NCBI GenBank assembly: GCA_965222375.1
Contig: CBDCTZ010000016.1
Location: 1,760,001 to 1,824,000 of the forward strand
Origin: Polyangiaceae bacterium
GTDB lineage: Bacteria > Myxococcota_A > Polyangia > Polyangiales > Polyangiaceae
Direction: 5' to 3'
DNA length: 64,000 bases
Below the pieces are notes generated by a model. The model worked only from the letters and a program-made list of their open reading frames with translations. It was not told where the DNA came from and made no database searches. Positions 35,909-45,935 of the stretch are shown here, in pieces. Numbering within the stretch: position 1 is the stretch's first letter; each line of letters opens with the position of its first letter. Both the position numbers and the translations under genes were made by a program.

Positions 35909-36643
35909 ATGGGCAACTGGATCGCAAAAGGGTGCCGTGGGCTCATGATGCTTGGGGCAATGCTGCTGGTGTTGGGGGCGGTGGTCAGCGCTGCGCCAGC
36001 ACAAACGAAAATCCAAGCACCCACGAGTGGTCCCACCGTGCCGGGCCCGGGCGCGCCTGGCGACACCGTCGTGGCTCTCGAGGTCGAGTCCCAAAGCGAG
36101 GCCGGTGAGGAGGCCGCACACGAGGATGCGACGAACGAGGCGCTCTGCGTGCCAAGGGCTGAATGCGCGGGTTTCGAGCAATGGGCGCAGCAGTGCAAAC
36201 CGCTGCTGAAGTGGCGCAAGCAGTGCCGGCGGTACCTCACATGGCGCAAGACCTGCAAAAGCTATCGCCGGTGGCGGAAGCAGTGTCGTCGATACGTGAC
36301 TTGGAAGAAGACCTGTAAGTCCTACGTCAAGTGGCACAAGAAGTGTCGTCGCTACCTGACTTGGAAGCGCAAGTGTGGCGTGGACGAGAACGGCAACGTG
36401 AAGTGCAAGAGGGTCCCGAAGTTCAAGACGACCTGCAAGAAGATCCCGAAGAAATTCACCAAGTGCAAGACGAAGCCGAAGTTCGTCAAGCGCTGTCGGG
36501 TGACGCCGACGCACTTCACCAAGTGCAAGAAGACGCCGAAGTGGAAGAAGGTCTGTCGACGCGTCCCGCAGGTTACCAGGCGCTGCAAAGGCGCGAAGAA
36601 ATGGAACGTAGCCCGTTGCAGCGTCAATCCGGTCTGCAAGTAG
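35909..36643 (+). CDS. Secreted cationic Cys-periodic protein of unknown function
   Basis: Signal peptide, acidic linker, then 18 Cys at mostly 10-residue spacing in a K/R/W-rich region; GC-rich third codon positions. Confidence 0.8.
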   Translation: MGNWIAKGCRGLMMLGAMLLVLGAVVSAAPAQTKIQAPTSGPTVPGPGAPGDTVVALEVESQSEAGEEAAHEDATNEALCVPRAECAGFEQWAQQCKPLLKWRKQCRRYLTWRKTCKSYRRWRKQCRRYVTWKKTCKSYVKWHKKCRRYLTWKRKCGVDENGNVKCKRVPKFKTTCKKIPKKFTKCKTKPKFVKRCRVTPTHFTKCKKTPKWKKVCRRVPQVTRRCKGAKKWNVARCSVNPVCK

Positions 36644-36657
36644 TGGTAGTCGTCAAG

Positions 36658-38883
36658 CTAGATCAACTGCCCCGCGAAGGGACCAGCACTTTGCACCAAC
36701 ACGGCGTTGCGGAAGCCGCCTACGAATTCGTTTAGGCGCTCTGCGTAGGCCTCCTCTTCCCCGGGTGGTGTCACGGCAAGGCCCAGGAAGACGAGGTCTG
36801 CGTCACGACTCGCCTCATGCATCATCTCCGCAAAGCTGGCGCTCGGCTCCTTGACGATCACCTCGCTCAGCGCGGGAATGCGCGCGTCGGTGGCCATGTC
36901 ATCCAGGGCCTTCTGCTGATCGGAGCGCTCTTGTTCATCGTTGACGATGGTACGTAGCGTGATGTGTGCACGGCGCCACGCCGGGTTCTGGGTGAGTAGA
37001 TGCGCCAGTAGCAGCATCAGGTCACCGTTGTGCTGCTTGCCACGCCACCACACGTCGATGCGTCGGGGTTCGACTAGCGCCGTGCCGAAGTCCTGAAGCT
37101 TCGCGATCAAGGTGTTGCGGCGAATGCGCGCCAGCGTGCGGGTGATGCGAAGCACGCGCGAAACGCCCTCCCCACCCGGCCAACCGAACATCACCGTGTT
37201 CGACTGCAGGCCCGCGAAGCCGTTGGCCTGGGCGATGCCGATGACGCCGCTCTCGAATTCGGGGACGACATCGACCTCCGAGAACGCGACGAGGCGTTCC
37301 TTGTGAAAGCTCTCGTCCATCTCTCGCCGCAGCTTGAAGGTGTCCGCGCCCTTATCCTCCAGATTGCCGACCACGGCTTGGCAAACGGTCACGATCCCGC
37401 GCTGGCTGTTGAACCAGGTTGCCAACCGCACCAAGCCCAAGCGGCTGGCCGGGTTTGCGGTGAAGAGCAGGATGTTCGGCCGCCAGTTGCGAGCGTCGGG
37501 CTTGGCGCCTTTCAAGTTGAGTAGTGCGTAGCGCGCCAGCGCCATCCACATGCCCGCTCGCACGTCTCCCCATTGGCTCTCTGTTGCTCTGCGCCTCAGG
37601 TAGGCGTAGAGCAAAGCTTCTAGAGCGATCGCCGAGACGCAGGCGATCGGACTGATCAAGAACATCACCACGACCGCGCCGATGGCTCCGGTCAAGTTCA
37701 CCACCCATGGGATCTTGATCGTGGGTCGGTACGATGGATCGCCTACGAGGGTCTCGATGGCGGCCGAGAGATTGATCGTCACATACAGCGTGAGGAAGAA
37801 TATGGTGACCCAACGGCCCACGGCGTTGAGATCACCGAGAGCCACCGCTGCCAGTGCTATTCCACCGGTCGCCCAAGTAGCGATGGTGGGCTGCCCCGTC
37901 TTGCTCACTCGAGAAAGGAAGCGAGGCGCCAGGCGGTCGCTCGCCAGCGCCTGCAAGACACGCGGCCCGCCCAAAGCGCTACCGAACGCCGAAGACAGAA
38001 TCGCCCCCCACATGCCTGGGTAGATCAAGAACACGCCAAAGACCGCAATGCTCGTCCAGATCGGCGGTGCAGTCGGGTCGACCCTTGCGAGATCCGCGCC
38101 GGTTACTGCCGCGTTCGCGCCCAACACCAGAGGCACCACCAAGTACACTGCCGTCCCAGTCGCCACTGCGAGCAATGTTCCCCTCGGAATCGAGCGCTTC
38201 GGATCCTTGAGATCCCCACTCATGCCGATCCCCGCAGTGAACCCCGTCACCGCAGGAAAGAACACGGCGAATACGTACCAAAAGCCCTCGTTGGCCGAGC
38301 GTTCATAGTGCGGGCTCATCTCTGGCGCAGTGAAACCGTGCAGGCCGGCGCCCACTAGGAGTGCCACCACGCTCGCGCCCACGAGCATCATGATTGGCAA
38401 CTGCAGCTTCAACGACAGATCCGCGCTCTTGCCCGCGATAGCCGTTGCTGCGACGACGATCACCGCCGCCATCGGTTGAATTGGCGCAGCACCCCACGCC
38501 GCGGGCCAGAGGGGCGCTAGAGACTCAGCCAAACCAAAGCAGTACAGGGTCAAGCTGAGGGTTCGACACATGAACAGCGGGATGCCGATGGCACCACCCA
38601 GTTCCAAACCCAGGCTGCGGGAGACCATGAAGTACTCGCCGCCGACGCCGACGTGCATGTTCGTCGCGATGGCAGAGGCCGAAAGTCCGGTGATGAACGT
38701 AATGCTGCTGGCCATCAGCACGACCAGCAGCGTCAAGGGCAGGCCCAAGTTGCCCACGACCCAGCCGAAGCGCAGGTACATCATCACGCCGAGAATCGTG
38801 AGCAGACTCGGCGTGTAGACCCCCAAGAACGTCCCAAACTTCTTGTGGGCCGGAATGGACACAGGAGGGGCGAGTTCGTTCAT
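36658..38883 (-). CDS. SLC12/cation-chloride cotransporter-like APC permease
   Basis: KFGTFLGVYTPSLLTILGVMMYLRFGW, FAVFFPAVTG, MSGDLKDP, NWRPNIL, IDVWW. Confidence 0.9.
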   Translation of the reverse strand: MNELAPPVSIPAHKKFGTFLGVYTPSLLTILGVMMYLRFGWVVGNLGLPLTLLVVLMASSITFITGLSASAIATNMHVGVGGEYFMVSRSLGLELGGAIGIPLFMCRTLSLTLYCFGLAESLAPLWPAAWGAAPIQPMAAVIVVAATAIAGKSADLSLKLQLPIMMLVGASVVALLVGAGLHGFTAPEMSPHYERSANEGFWYVFAVFFPAVTGFTAGIGMSGDLKDPKRSIPRGTLLAVATGTAVYLVVPLVLGANAAVTGADLARVDPTAPPIWTSIAVFGVFLIYPGMWGAILSSAFGSALGGPRVLQALASDRLAPRFLSRVSKTGQPTIATWATGGIALAAVALGDLNAVGRWVTIFFLTLYVTINLSAAIETLVGDPSYRPTIKIPWVVNLTGAIGAVVVMFLISPIACVSAIALEALLYAYLRRRATESQWGDVRAGMWMALARYALLNLKGAKPDARNWRPNILLFTANPASRLGLVRLATWFNSQRGIVTVCQAVVGNLEDKGADTFKLRREMDESFHKERLVAFSEVDVVPEFESGVIGIAQANGFAGLQSNTVMFGWPGGEGVSRVLRITRTLARIRRNTLIAKLQDFGTALVEPRRIDVWWRGKQHNGDLMLLLAHLLTQNPAWRRAHITLRTIVNDEQERSDQQKALDDMATDARIPALSEVIVKEPSASFAEMMHEASRDADLVFLGLAVTPPGEEEAYAERLNEFVGGFRNAVLVQSAGPFAGQLI

Positions 38884-39017
38884 GACGTGCGCGCCGCCCG
38901 GGCGCGGCGTCGCGTCATACTATGAATGTGCGTGGGGAGTCAGCGTTCCTGCGCAGGCTGCGGCAAAGTCGCGCAGTCGCCCTTCCGAAGCGGAAAAATC
39001 GCTTGCGAAGACCGACC

Positions 39018-40433
39018 TCACTCGGCGGCCGCTGCGTGCGCTCGCGGGCGGACCGGAGACTGAAGCAAGTCCAGGGCCGCGATCCGAAAGGCTTCGGCCA
39101 GACTGGGGAAGACCATGGCTTCGTCAACGAACTTTTCGATGCTGAGCCGACCCAGAGTCGCCATCTGCGCGATGTGTATCAGCTCGGACGCACTTTCGCC
39201 TGCGATCTGGGCTCCAACGATTCTGTCCGCGGGGTCGGCAACGAGTTTCAGATGGCCTCGTACGTTGTCGGAGATTTGACCCCGCGCTACTTCGGCAAAG
39301 CGAGCGCTCCCCGTGCGCGCGTCTCCGAACTCAGTCACCGCTTGCGCTTCGGTCAGACCAATGCTGGAGATTTCCGGGATCGTGAAGATGCTGGTTGGCA
39401 CCGACGAGGCCGGGTGCTCGATGGGAACCCCGAGGGCGTGTTGTGCCGCGCGGTGCCCCTGTTCCACGCTGGTTGAAGCGAGGGCCGGCGGTCCGATGAC
39501 GTCACCCACCGCATAGACGTTCGGTGCGCTGGTTCGGAAGTGTCGATCGACCTGCACATGGCCGCGATGATTGAGCTGCACCCCGGCTCGTTCGAGGCCG
39601 AGTCCCCGCACATTCGCGTTGCGGCCAAGTGCGCACAGTACCTTGTCCGCCGCGATCACGCTTCCGTTGCTCAGGCTGACATCCACGCCGTAGAGCCCGT
39701 TCCATGCAGCCCCATCAACCCGCGCACCGCCGAGATAGCTGCCCTGTCGCGCTGCGAACTCGTCCACGAAGCAGCTGACGAGATCGGGATCCAGAAAGGC
39801 CAACGGCGCCCGCTCTGTGTGCACCATCGTGACCGGCACCCCCAAGGCACTGAAGATGGACGCGTATTCACACGCAATGACCCCAGAGCCCAGCACCACA
39901 AGCGACCGCGGCACGTACTTCAGTTCTAGGATGGAAGTAGTGTCCAGAATGTGTTGGTGATCGACGCTCACATTGTCAGGGGCCCGGGGTGACGACCCCG
40001 TCGCGATGAAGAAGTTGTCAGCAGTGATTCGACTACTTCTGCCGGCGGCGTCGCGCGCTTCGACCTCCCGGTGGCTTCGAAACCTTGCCGTTCCACCGCG
40101 AAGTTCGACGCCAGTGCGCGCCAGCTGGCCTCGCATGTAGGCTTCATGTGCATCGACGACTGCGTCTTTTCGAGGGAGCAAACTCGCAAAGAGCGTGTTC
40201 TCGGAAAGCCATGAAGTCGCACTACGCCCCGTCAAGCGCCGTAGTTTGTCGAAAGTGATCGCGACTTCTCTTAGCGTCTTGCTTGGCACGGCGCCATGAC
40301 GCACGCAGGCGCCACCGACGCCCTTGTCGCGATCTATGAGAGCCACGTGTTGGCCATGCTCGGCGCAAGTGATGGCAGCTTTTTGCCCGGCAGGCCCCGA
40401 CCCGATGACGACCGCGTCAAAGTGTTCCGTCAC
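39018..40433 (-). CDS. sthA: Soluble pyridine nucleotide transhydrogenase-like flavoprotein
   Basis: VIGSGPAG, GGACVRHGAVPSKTLRE (single Cys), GSGVIACEYAS, FPSLAEAFRIAALD. Confidence 0.75.
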   Translation of the reverse strand: MTEHFDAVVIGSGPAGQKAAITCAEHGQHVALIDRDKGVGGACVRHGAVPSKTLREVAITFDKLRRLTGRSATSWLSENTLFASLLPRKDAVVDAHEAYMRGQLARTGVELRGGTARFRSHREVEARDAAGRSSRITADNFFIATGSSPRAPDNVSVDHQHILDTTSILELKYVPRSLVVLGSGVIACEYASIFSALGVPVTMVHTERAPLAFLDPDLVSCFVDEFAARQGSYLGGARVDGAAWNGLYGVDVSLSNGSVIAADKVLCALGRNANVRGLGLERAGVQLNHRGHVQVDRHFRTSAPNVYAVGDVIGPPALASTSVEQGHRAAQHALGVPIEHPASSVPTSIFTIPEISSIGLTEAQAVTEFGDARTGSARFAEVARGQISDNVRGHLKLVADPADRIVGAQIAGESASELIHIAQMATLGRLSIEKFVDEAMVFPSLAEAFRIAALDLLQSPVRPRAHAAAAE

Positions 40434-40571
40434 AGCATTCCTCGATAGGTTCCCGATGGCTGCCTCCGGATCCCCCGCGTCCGCTCCTCTGCGAAGAGCC
40501 GACAAACGGCGCAGCGACGTGCGTATGAACGAGGGGAACGGCTGTTCGCTGCGAGTCTTGAGTTGCTCAGA

Positions 40572-40720
40572 GGTTTTGTGGCTGCCCCCCTTCGCCCGGC
40601 GTCGGGCCCGGCCCGGGAACGCCCGTGATCCTAGCGACCAACCAAAAAAGCCCGGATGGCCGTGCATCCGGGCCCTCCGGCGGGCGATTCCCCCCCATGC
40701 CCCTCCGGCTCGGGGGGGAT
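40572..40720. repeat. Dispersed ~150-bp GC-rich repeat, copy 1
   Basis: Shares GCTGCCCCCC-TCGCCCGGCGTCGG-CCCGGCCC and CCTCCGGCGG-CGATTCCCCCC...CCTCCGGCTCG...GGGGGG with 46055-46214. Confidence 0.75.
40644..40673 (-). terminator. Intrinsic terminator
   Basis: 9-bp stem GCCCGGATG/CATCCGGGC followed by T6 on the minus strand, downstream of 40725-41087. Confidence 0.7.
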
Positions 40721-40724
40721 ACGA

Positions 40725-41087
40725 TTATTGCGGAGCAGGGGGATTTGCCAGACACGCCTGTAATTCTGGCGTTTGAGTCCAGCCGCAAGCGCCGTCTGCT
40801 TGTTTCTCACAGCTCGCTTGTTGGTAGCAGGCGTACTCTGGCTTGTACTCGCAGGTGGTAGCCATCTCGCCGGTGGCAAGGGGGTGGTCCGGGGCGACGC
40901 AGGCCGTCCCTGAGCAACCAGCCGTGACGCAACCGCCGGGTCCAGCTCCAGGGGCAACGGGCTGCGTGCTCGTCGGGGGCGGGGGCGGGGGTGGAGCCGG
41001 CCCGGGGCCTGCGGGCGGCCGGTCCGTTTGGTGCGTCTGGCAAGCCAGAGTGGCGAAAAAAACTAGGACGAAAAGGGGGCGATTCAT
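40725..41087 (-). CDS. Small lipoprotein with eight-cysteine-cluster-like domain
   Basis: TLAC lipobox, poly-Pro, CVTAGCSGTAC...TTCEYKPEYACY...C...CGW...CL. Confidence 0.75.
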   Translation of the reverse strand: MNRPLFVLVFFATLACQTHQTDRPPAGPGPAPPPPPPPTSTQPVAPGAGPGGCVTAGCSGTACVAPDHPLATGEMATTCEYKPEYACYQQASCEKQADGACGWTQTPELQACLANPPAPQ

Positions 41088-41149
41088 CGTGGTTCTCGCA
41101 AAACGTTCCGGACAAAGTGAGCTTACAGCAGAGGTCATCGCGAGGCTGG

Positions 41150-41791
41150 CTACCAGTCCATGCAGCTGAGGCACGTCATCGCGAATACACGCTCAGTCAG
41201 GCCATCGATACGTTTCCGCATGGCAAGCAAGTCGTTTTTCGCCATGTGCTCGTCAATCTGTGACTCCAACGCCTTGACACGCCGATTGAGGAAATCGACA
41301 TGGGCCCGGACCCGAGCGCTGTAGCGTCGTGCTTGCTCGGAGGAACCCGGGCAAAGGGGCACGAGGTCCTTGATTTGCGACTTGGCGTTGGGCAACTCCT
41401 CGAGCACTGGGGTCCAGCGTGCCTCGCACTCTTTGTCGTCGGAACGGCAGTCGAGGGGCAACGCAGCTTCGAGCTTGGCTAGGCTCTCGTGCGCCTTGGG
41501 TACGCGTTTGGCGAGTTGCTCGAACATCTGCCGGGCGACACCCTCGGCATCCGCCGGGACATCGAGGGACGGTAGGTCCCGCTCCCAGTCGGCACTGGCT
41601 CGCGTTGCAGGTGGCGGTGCGGAATCGTCGCTGTCGGCATCGTCGTCGATGGGGGGCACGCTCACAGCGGACTGCGGGTGCGCGGCGGGCTCCCGGGGCT
41701 GCCCGGCGCAGCCGCTGAGCGCCAACAGCGCCGTGCCGACGAAATGGGCGCGGCGTCGAAGTATCGTGTCGCGATCTGCGGTGGGAGCCAT
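41150..41791 (-). CDS. Hypothetical lipoprotein
   Basis: ILRRRAHFVGTALLALSGC signal; ends CLSCMDW. Confidence 0.7.
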   Translation of the reverse strand: MAPTADRDTILRRRAHFVGTALLALSGCAGQPREPAAHPQSAVSVPPIDDDADSDDSAPPPATRASADWERDLPSLDVPADAEGVARQMFEQLAKRVPKAHESLAKLEAALPLDCRSDDKECEARWTPVLEELPNAKSQIKDLVPLCPGSSEQARRYSARVRAHVDFLNRRVKALESQIDEHMAKNDLLAMRKRIDGLTERVFAMTCLSCMDW

Positions 41792-41959
41792 GGCCGCAAT
41801 TGGTATCGCCTCGCCTCCGGCGGAGCAAGGCGGTAGCGTCCGGGCTGGCGCCTCGTCGAGGATCTCCTTGACCATGTCGTCGGCGCGGGGAGCTGCCAGT
41901 GGCATCAATAGCGTTCTCGCGATCGGCTGCTTCGTGCGTTTACCCCTCGGTGCGTCGGC

Positions 41960-42937
41960 TCAAGCGCGCAACAGGCCCGAGCGTCGGTAACCCGCGGCGG
42001 CATGAGCCAGCGAACCCGCGAGCTGGTGCTGCGGCTGCCAATCTAGATCGCGCTGCAGCGCGGCGCTCGAGCACAAGAACGCAGGCGCGGCCATTTGCGC
42101 GTACTGCTTGGCGTCGAGCTGGTTGGTGAAGCCGAAAACTCTCGAGGCCAGGGTAGCGGCGCGCATGGCAGCATAGAGCACTGGGCGCGGCACCGGTACG
42201 ACTCGCACCTTCTTGCCCACGGCGCTCGACAGATCTCTCCACAGATCGTGCATGTCAATGGCGTCCGGGTGGCTCACGTAATAGGTGAAGTGGCCGTCGC
42301 GCTCGTCTTCAGCCATGCAGATGATGGCGGATACGACGTCGCGCACGTCCACGAAGGATATTCTCTGCGGCTGCCCCGCCACGCGAATGCCAACTCCGGA
42401 CTGTGCCGCGCGAAACAAGGTGAGGGTAGCGGGGTCATCGGGGCCGAACACGACGCAGGGTCGGAAGCTCGTCGTCGGAAAAGGCGCCGCGGCGACGATC
42501 TTCTCGGCTCGCGCCTTGGCGCCTCCGTAGGGTTCGATCGGCGCGACCGGGTCCGCTTCAGTCCAGGGTTGTGTGCGGGACGACGGCCCCGCCGCGGCCA
42601 GGGACGACGCGAACAAGAGGCGGCGAGGCGACCAGCTTTGCCGCTCGAGGCATGCCAGCAGATCCTCGACAGCTTCGAAGTTGATCGCTTCGTACTGCTC
42701 AGGCGAGTCCGCGGTGACGACGCCTGCCAGGTGAACCACGACGTCCGCTTCGGGCAGCACCGTGTCCGTCTTCCGAAACAGCGAGAGATCTCCCGCGTGT
42801 AGGCTGACGGCATCCGGCAATGCCTTGGCCTTCTTTGGCGAGCGCACCAGAGCCGTCACGTCGTGACCGCTGTCGCGGAGCGCGCGGCAGAGATGATGAC
42901 CGATGAACCCGGTCGCGCCGGTAACGAAGAACCGCAT
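41960..42937 (-). CDS. NAD-dependent epimerase/dehydratase family protein
   Basis: TGATGFIG, HLAG, SSLAA, YGGAK. Confidence 0.9.
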   Translation of the reverse strand: MRFFVTGATGFIGHHLCRALRDSGHDVTALVRSPKKAKALPDAVSLHAGDLSLFRKTDTVLPEADVVVHLAGVVTADSPEQYEAINFEAVEDLLACLERQSWSPRRLLFASSLAAAGPSSRTQPWTEADPVAPIEPYGGAKARAEKIVAAAPFPTTSFRPCVVFGPDDPATLTLFRAAQSGVGIRVAGQPQRISFVDVRDVVSAIICMAEDERDGHFTYYVSHPDAIDMHDLWRDLSSAVGKKVRVVPVPRPVLYAAMRAATLASRVFGFTNQLDAKQYAQMAAPAFLCSSAALQRDLDWQPQHQLAGSLAHAAAGYRRSGLLRA

Positions 42938-42994
42938 GAGACCCCCTGGAGAAAGCCGAGGGTCAGAGCCTACGCGATGGCGCGCCGCGCTGCC

Positions 42995-43921
42995 TCAGAG
43001 AGGTCGCACCGGGACGCATATTTCGACGTCGTGCTTGTGCTCGGGATCCTGCTCGGGATTGTTGAGGTAGCGCTCGAAACAGACTCGGTCGTCGGGTTGG
43101 AAGCCGCTGTCCGGGAGCCACTGAGCCATCAGCGCGTCCCAGGCAGCCCCGTATTGGTCGGCGTCGAGGCGGAAGCGCGCAATCGCGTACTTGCCACCGG
43201 GGACCATCATCGCGCCGATCTCACCGTCCACCTCCACGTCATCACCGACCGTGAGGCAGATGCTCGTGCGCAGCTTCGAGTCATCGGTGACGTCCGGATT
43301 ATCGTGGTAGACGGACATGAATTGCGTGTTCGGGCCGAATAGCCCCCGCGGCCCCGCCCAGCCGGCGAGCTGACCAAATAGGCGCCCAAAAAGCTCGGCG
43401 TCTCCCTGGTACGGTCCAACGTGTCGCAGGTAGGCCACGCGCACCGGATCCAACTCCTTTACTTCGACCAACATGTTCAGTTCTTTCGTCATGGCTGAAC
43501 TCCTTTCAGCAACAACATAGGAGCTGCGGCCGAGCTGATCTTTGCGGGGATTGCTATCCGCTTTGCGCAACTTGCTAAGTGCCGCGCCATCTTTGCGCCA
43601 ATCGCTCGCGCTCATCGAAAACTCGCTTCGAAAGGCGCGCGCGAAGGTGGCTGGGCTGGAAAACCCATTGTCGAGAGCGATCTCTGTCACCGACCGTGTG
43701 GGATTGTGCAGCAGTTGTGTCGCCGCGCGCTCCAACCTGAGCCGCTGGATGAAGCGTTGCAGCGTTTCCCCCAACATCGCTTTGAAAATCCGATGGAAAT
43801 GAAACGGCGAAAAGCACGCCACCTTCGCCAACCCCTCCAGGTGCAGGTCTTCGTGCAGATGCACCTCGATGTGATCAATCACCCGATTGATGCGCGCCAC
43901 GTATTCTGCGCGGTGGTCCAT
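42995..43921 (-). CDS. AraC family regulator with GyrI-like effector domain
   Basis: FSPFHFHRIF, RLRLERAA, GFSSPATFARAF, YLRHVGPY, WLPDSG. Confidence 0.93.
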   Translation of the reverse strand: MDHRAEYVARINRVIDHIEVHLHEDLHLEGLAKVACFSPFHFHRIFKAMLGETLQRFIQRLRLERAATQLLHNPTRSVTEIALDNGFSSPATFARAFRSEFSMSASDWRKDGAALSKLRKADSNPRKDQLGRSSYVVAERSSAMTKELNMLVEVKELDPVRVAYLRHVGPYQGDAELFGRLFGQLAGWAGPRGLFGPNTQFMSVYHDNPDVTDDSKLRTSICLTVGDDVEVDGEIGAMMVPGGKYAIARFRLDADQYGAAWDALMAQWLPDSGFQPDDRVCFERYLNNPEQDPEHKHDVEICVPVRPL

Positions 43922-44046
43922 CTACGGATCTGAGTAGTCCAATATTCGGCCCGCGACATCCCTCGCGGCGCATGGGTAGCTGAAGGGGTCCCACGGGCCA
44001 AGGCGAGCGGGGCGGGTCCCCGGGCTCCCAGGCCCCCGCGCCAAAT

Positions 44047-44072
44047 CAGTGTACTGCAAGTCTAGTACACTG
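44047..44072. promoter_or_regulatory. Probable YtrA-type GntR operator
   Basis: Perfect inverted repeat CAGTGTACT-N8-AGTACACTG ending 16 nt before the gntR start. Confidence 0.75.
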
Positions 44073-44088
44073 GTACAGTTCGGCAACC

Positions 44089-44490
44089 GTGGCGCTCCGA
44101 TTTCACATCACGCCTGGCTCGACCGCTCCAATCTATCGGCAGATCGCCGATCAGGTCCGCACCGCGGTCGCCACCGGAAGCCTCGCCATCGGCGATGCTC
44201 TGCCGAGCGTGCGCGTCCTTGCCACGCAACTAGTTGTCAACCCGAACACCGTGGCGAAGGCCTATGCAGAACTCTGCGCCGATGGCGTCGCCGAAGCGCG
44301 GCGTGGACGCGGGGTGTTCGTTGCCAGACAGCGCCAAGTACTCAGCAAACACGAACGAAGACGCCGCTTGAACGAGCTGGCGGATGCGTTCGTGCACCAG
44401 GCTACTCTACTCGGATTCTCTCGCGAAGAAGGCTTGGCGCTGATCGAAAACCGTTGGGACGAATCCACCAAGAAGGAGACCGGCTCGTGA
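44089..44490 (+). CDS. GntR (YtrA subfamily) transcriptional regulator
   Basis: PIYRQI, LPSVRVLA, VNPNTVAKAY, RGRGVFV; short C-terminus; precedes an ABC ATPase. Confidence 0.93.
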   Translation: MALRFHITPGSTAPIYRQIADQVRTAVATGSLAIGDALPSVRVLATQLVVNPNTVAKAYAELCADGVAEARRGRGVFVARQRQVLSKHERRRRLNELADAFVHQATLLGFSREEGLALIENRWDESTKKETGS

Positions 44491-45407
44491 CAGGTGCCGC
44501 GATCGTTGCGCGAGAACTCACGCGCCAGTTCGACAGTCATCTTGCAGTGTGCAACGTCTCTTTCGCCATTCCCCGTGGCCAAGTGTTCGCGCTCATTGGC
44601 CGCAATGGCGCTGGCAAAACGACCGTCATGCGTATGCTGCTGGGAATGCTGGAGCTGACTTCCGGCGACGCACTACTGCTGGGGCGCCCTAGCACCATGC
44701 TGACTCCAGATTTGCGTGCGCGTATCGGCTTCTTGGCCGAGGGCTGCGCCATGTACGATTGGATGCGCGTTCGAGATTGCATCGCGTTTCAGCGCGACTT
44801 CTATCCGCAGTTCGATCAACGCTTGTGCGATGCGGTAGTCGACGCGTTCCGTCTGGGGGGGCAGCAGAAGGCCGGTCATCTCTCCCAAGGCCAGCGCGCC
44901 GGGTTGAACCTCGCCGTCGTGCTGGCGACTGAGCCGGAGGTGTTGCTCTTGGACGATCCCGTCATGGGATTGGACCCGGTGGCTCGCCGCCTGTTGCTCG
45001 AGGCGATGGTGCACTTCTCCCAGCGCGCTTCCTGCACCATCCTATTCTCTACGCACTTGCTCGCGGACGTGGAGCGCGTGGCCGACGGCGTGGCTGTCTT
45101 GGAACGAGGCGCGCTCCGCGCATGCTGTGGCATCGACGTATTCACCGAGCGTGTTCGTCGCTACGCCCTTCACTACGACGGCGAGCCGCCCGAGCCCCTG
45201 GACCTACCAGGACTGGTGGCAACGAAACGCTTTGCCCGCGAGTTGCAGGTCACCGTGGCGGCAGACGCGGATGATGCCTTGCGCGCCATCCAAGACACGA
45301 AACCCGCGCGCGTCGAAGCGCTGGAAACCAGTTTCGAAGATTCCGCCATCGCCTACCTCGGGGATCCTGGCGAAACCCGGTTTCTGATGCCGGAGGCTCG
45401 TATATGA
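44487..45407 (+). CDS. ABC transporter ATP-binding protein
   Basis: GRNGAGKT, LSQGQ, LLLDDP, STH; GTG overlaps the gntR stop. Confidence 0.92.
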   Translation: MTGAAIVARELTRQFDSHLAVCNVSFAIPRGQVFALIGRNGAGKTTVMRMLLGMLELTSGDALLLGRPSTMLTPDLRARIGFLAEGCAMYDWMRVRDCIAFQRDFYPQFDQRLCDAVVDAFRLGGQQKAGHLSQGQRAGLNLAVVLATEPEVLLLDDPVMGLDPVARRLLLEAMVHFSQRASCTILFSTHLLADVERVADGVAVLERGALRACCGIDVFTERVRRYALHYDGEPPEPLDLPGLVATKRFARELQVTVAADADDALRAIQDTKPARVEALETSFEDSAIAYLGDPGETRFLMPEARI

Positions 45408-45851
45408 AGGCGCTGATCAAGAAGGAGCTGCGCGAGAATGTCTGGCTGTTTCTCGGCGCGCTGGTGATCATGCCTCGCGCCCCCAGCGCTGACCTGGGCA
45501 AGCATGGTGACGCACAAACGTCCGGCCTGGGGGTTCGCCCAATGGGCTGCAATGCACGCGTGGATCGCGCTGCTGATCGGCCTGATCTCCGCAGCGATCA
45601 GCTTGGCCCTCAGTCGCGGCCGCAAGCGCACCACACGGCTCAGCCTTGCCGCGCTGTGCGTCGCCGGCGGTCCTCTCGGCGCATTGCTGCCGTTGCTGCT
45701 GCCTCACGATGGCGACGTGCGTTGCTCCAAGTGCCGGCGCTTCCGCCCCCTTGGGCCTCAGCCCTGCGCCGGATGCGACAGCCAATTGAGCGGCTACACC
45801 AAGTCCGATTCGAGCATCCTCGACGACGCCTTCATGCCAGGCGCACACTGA
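45404..45851 (+). pseudogene. ABC permease remnant with large internal deletion and frameshift
   Basis: MKALIKKELRENVWLF start is joined out of frame to a C-terminal TM plus CxxC...CxxC segment. Confidence 0.65.
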
Positions 45852-45935
45852 GCCACTCCCCTTGCAGCCGACGAACGCTGCGTAGCCCACGCTGAGCCAC
45901 TCCCCTTGCAGCCGACGAACGCTGCGTAGCCCACG
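45848..45935. repeat. Perfect 44-bp tandem duplication
   Basis: CTGAGCCACTCCCCTTGCAGCCGACGAACGCTGCGTAGCCCACG x2. Confidence 0.92.
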
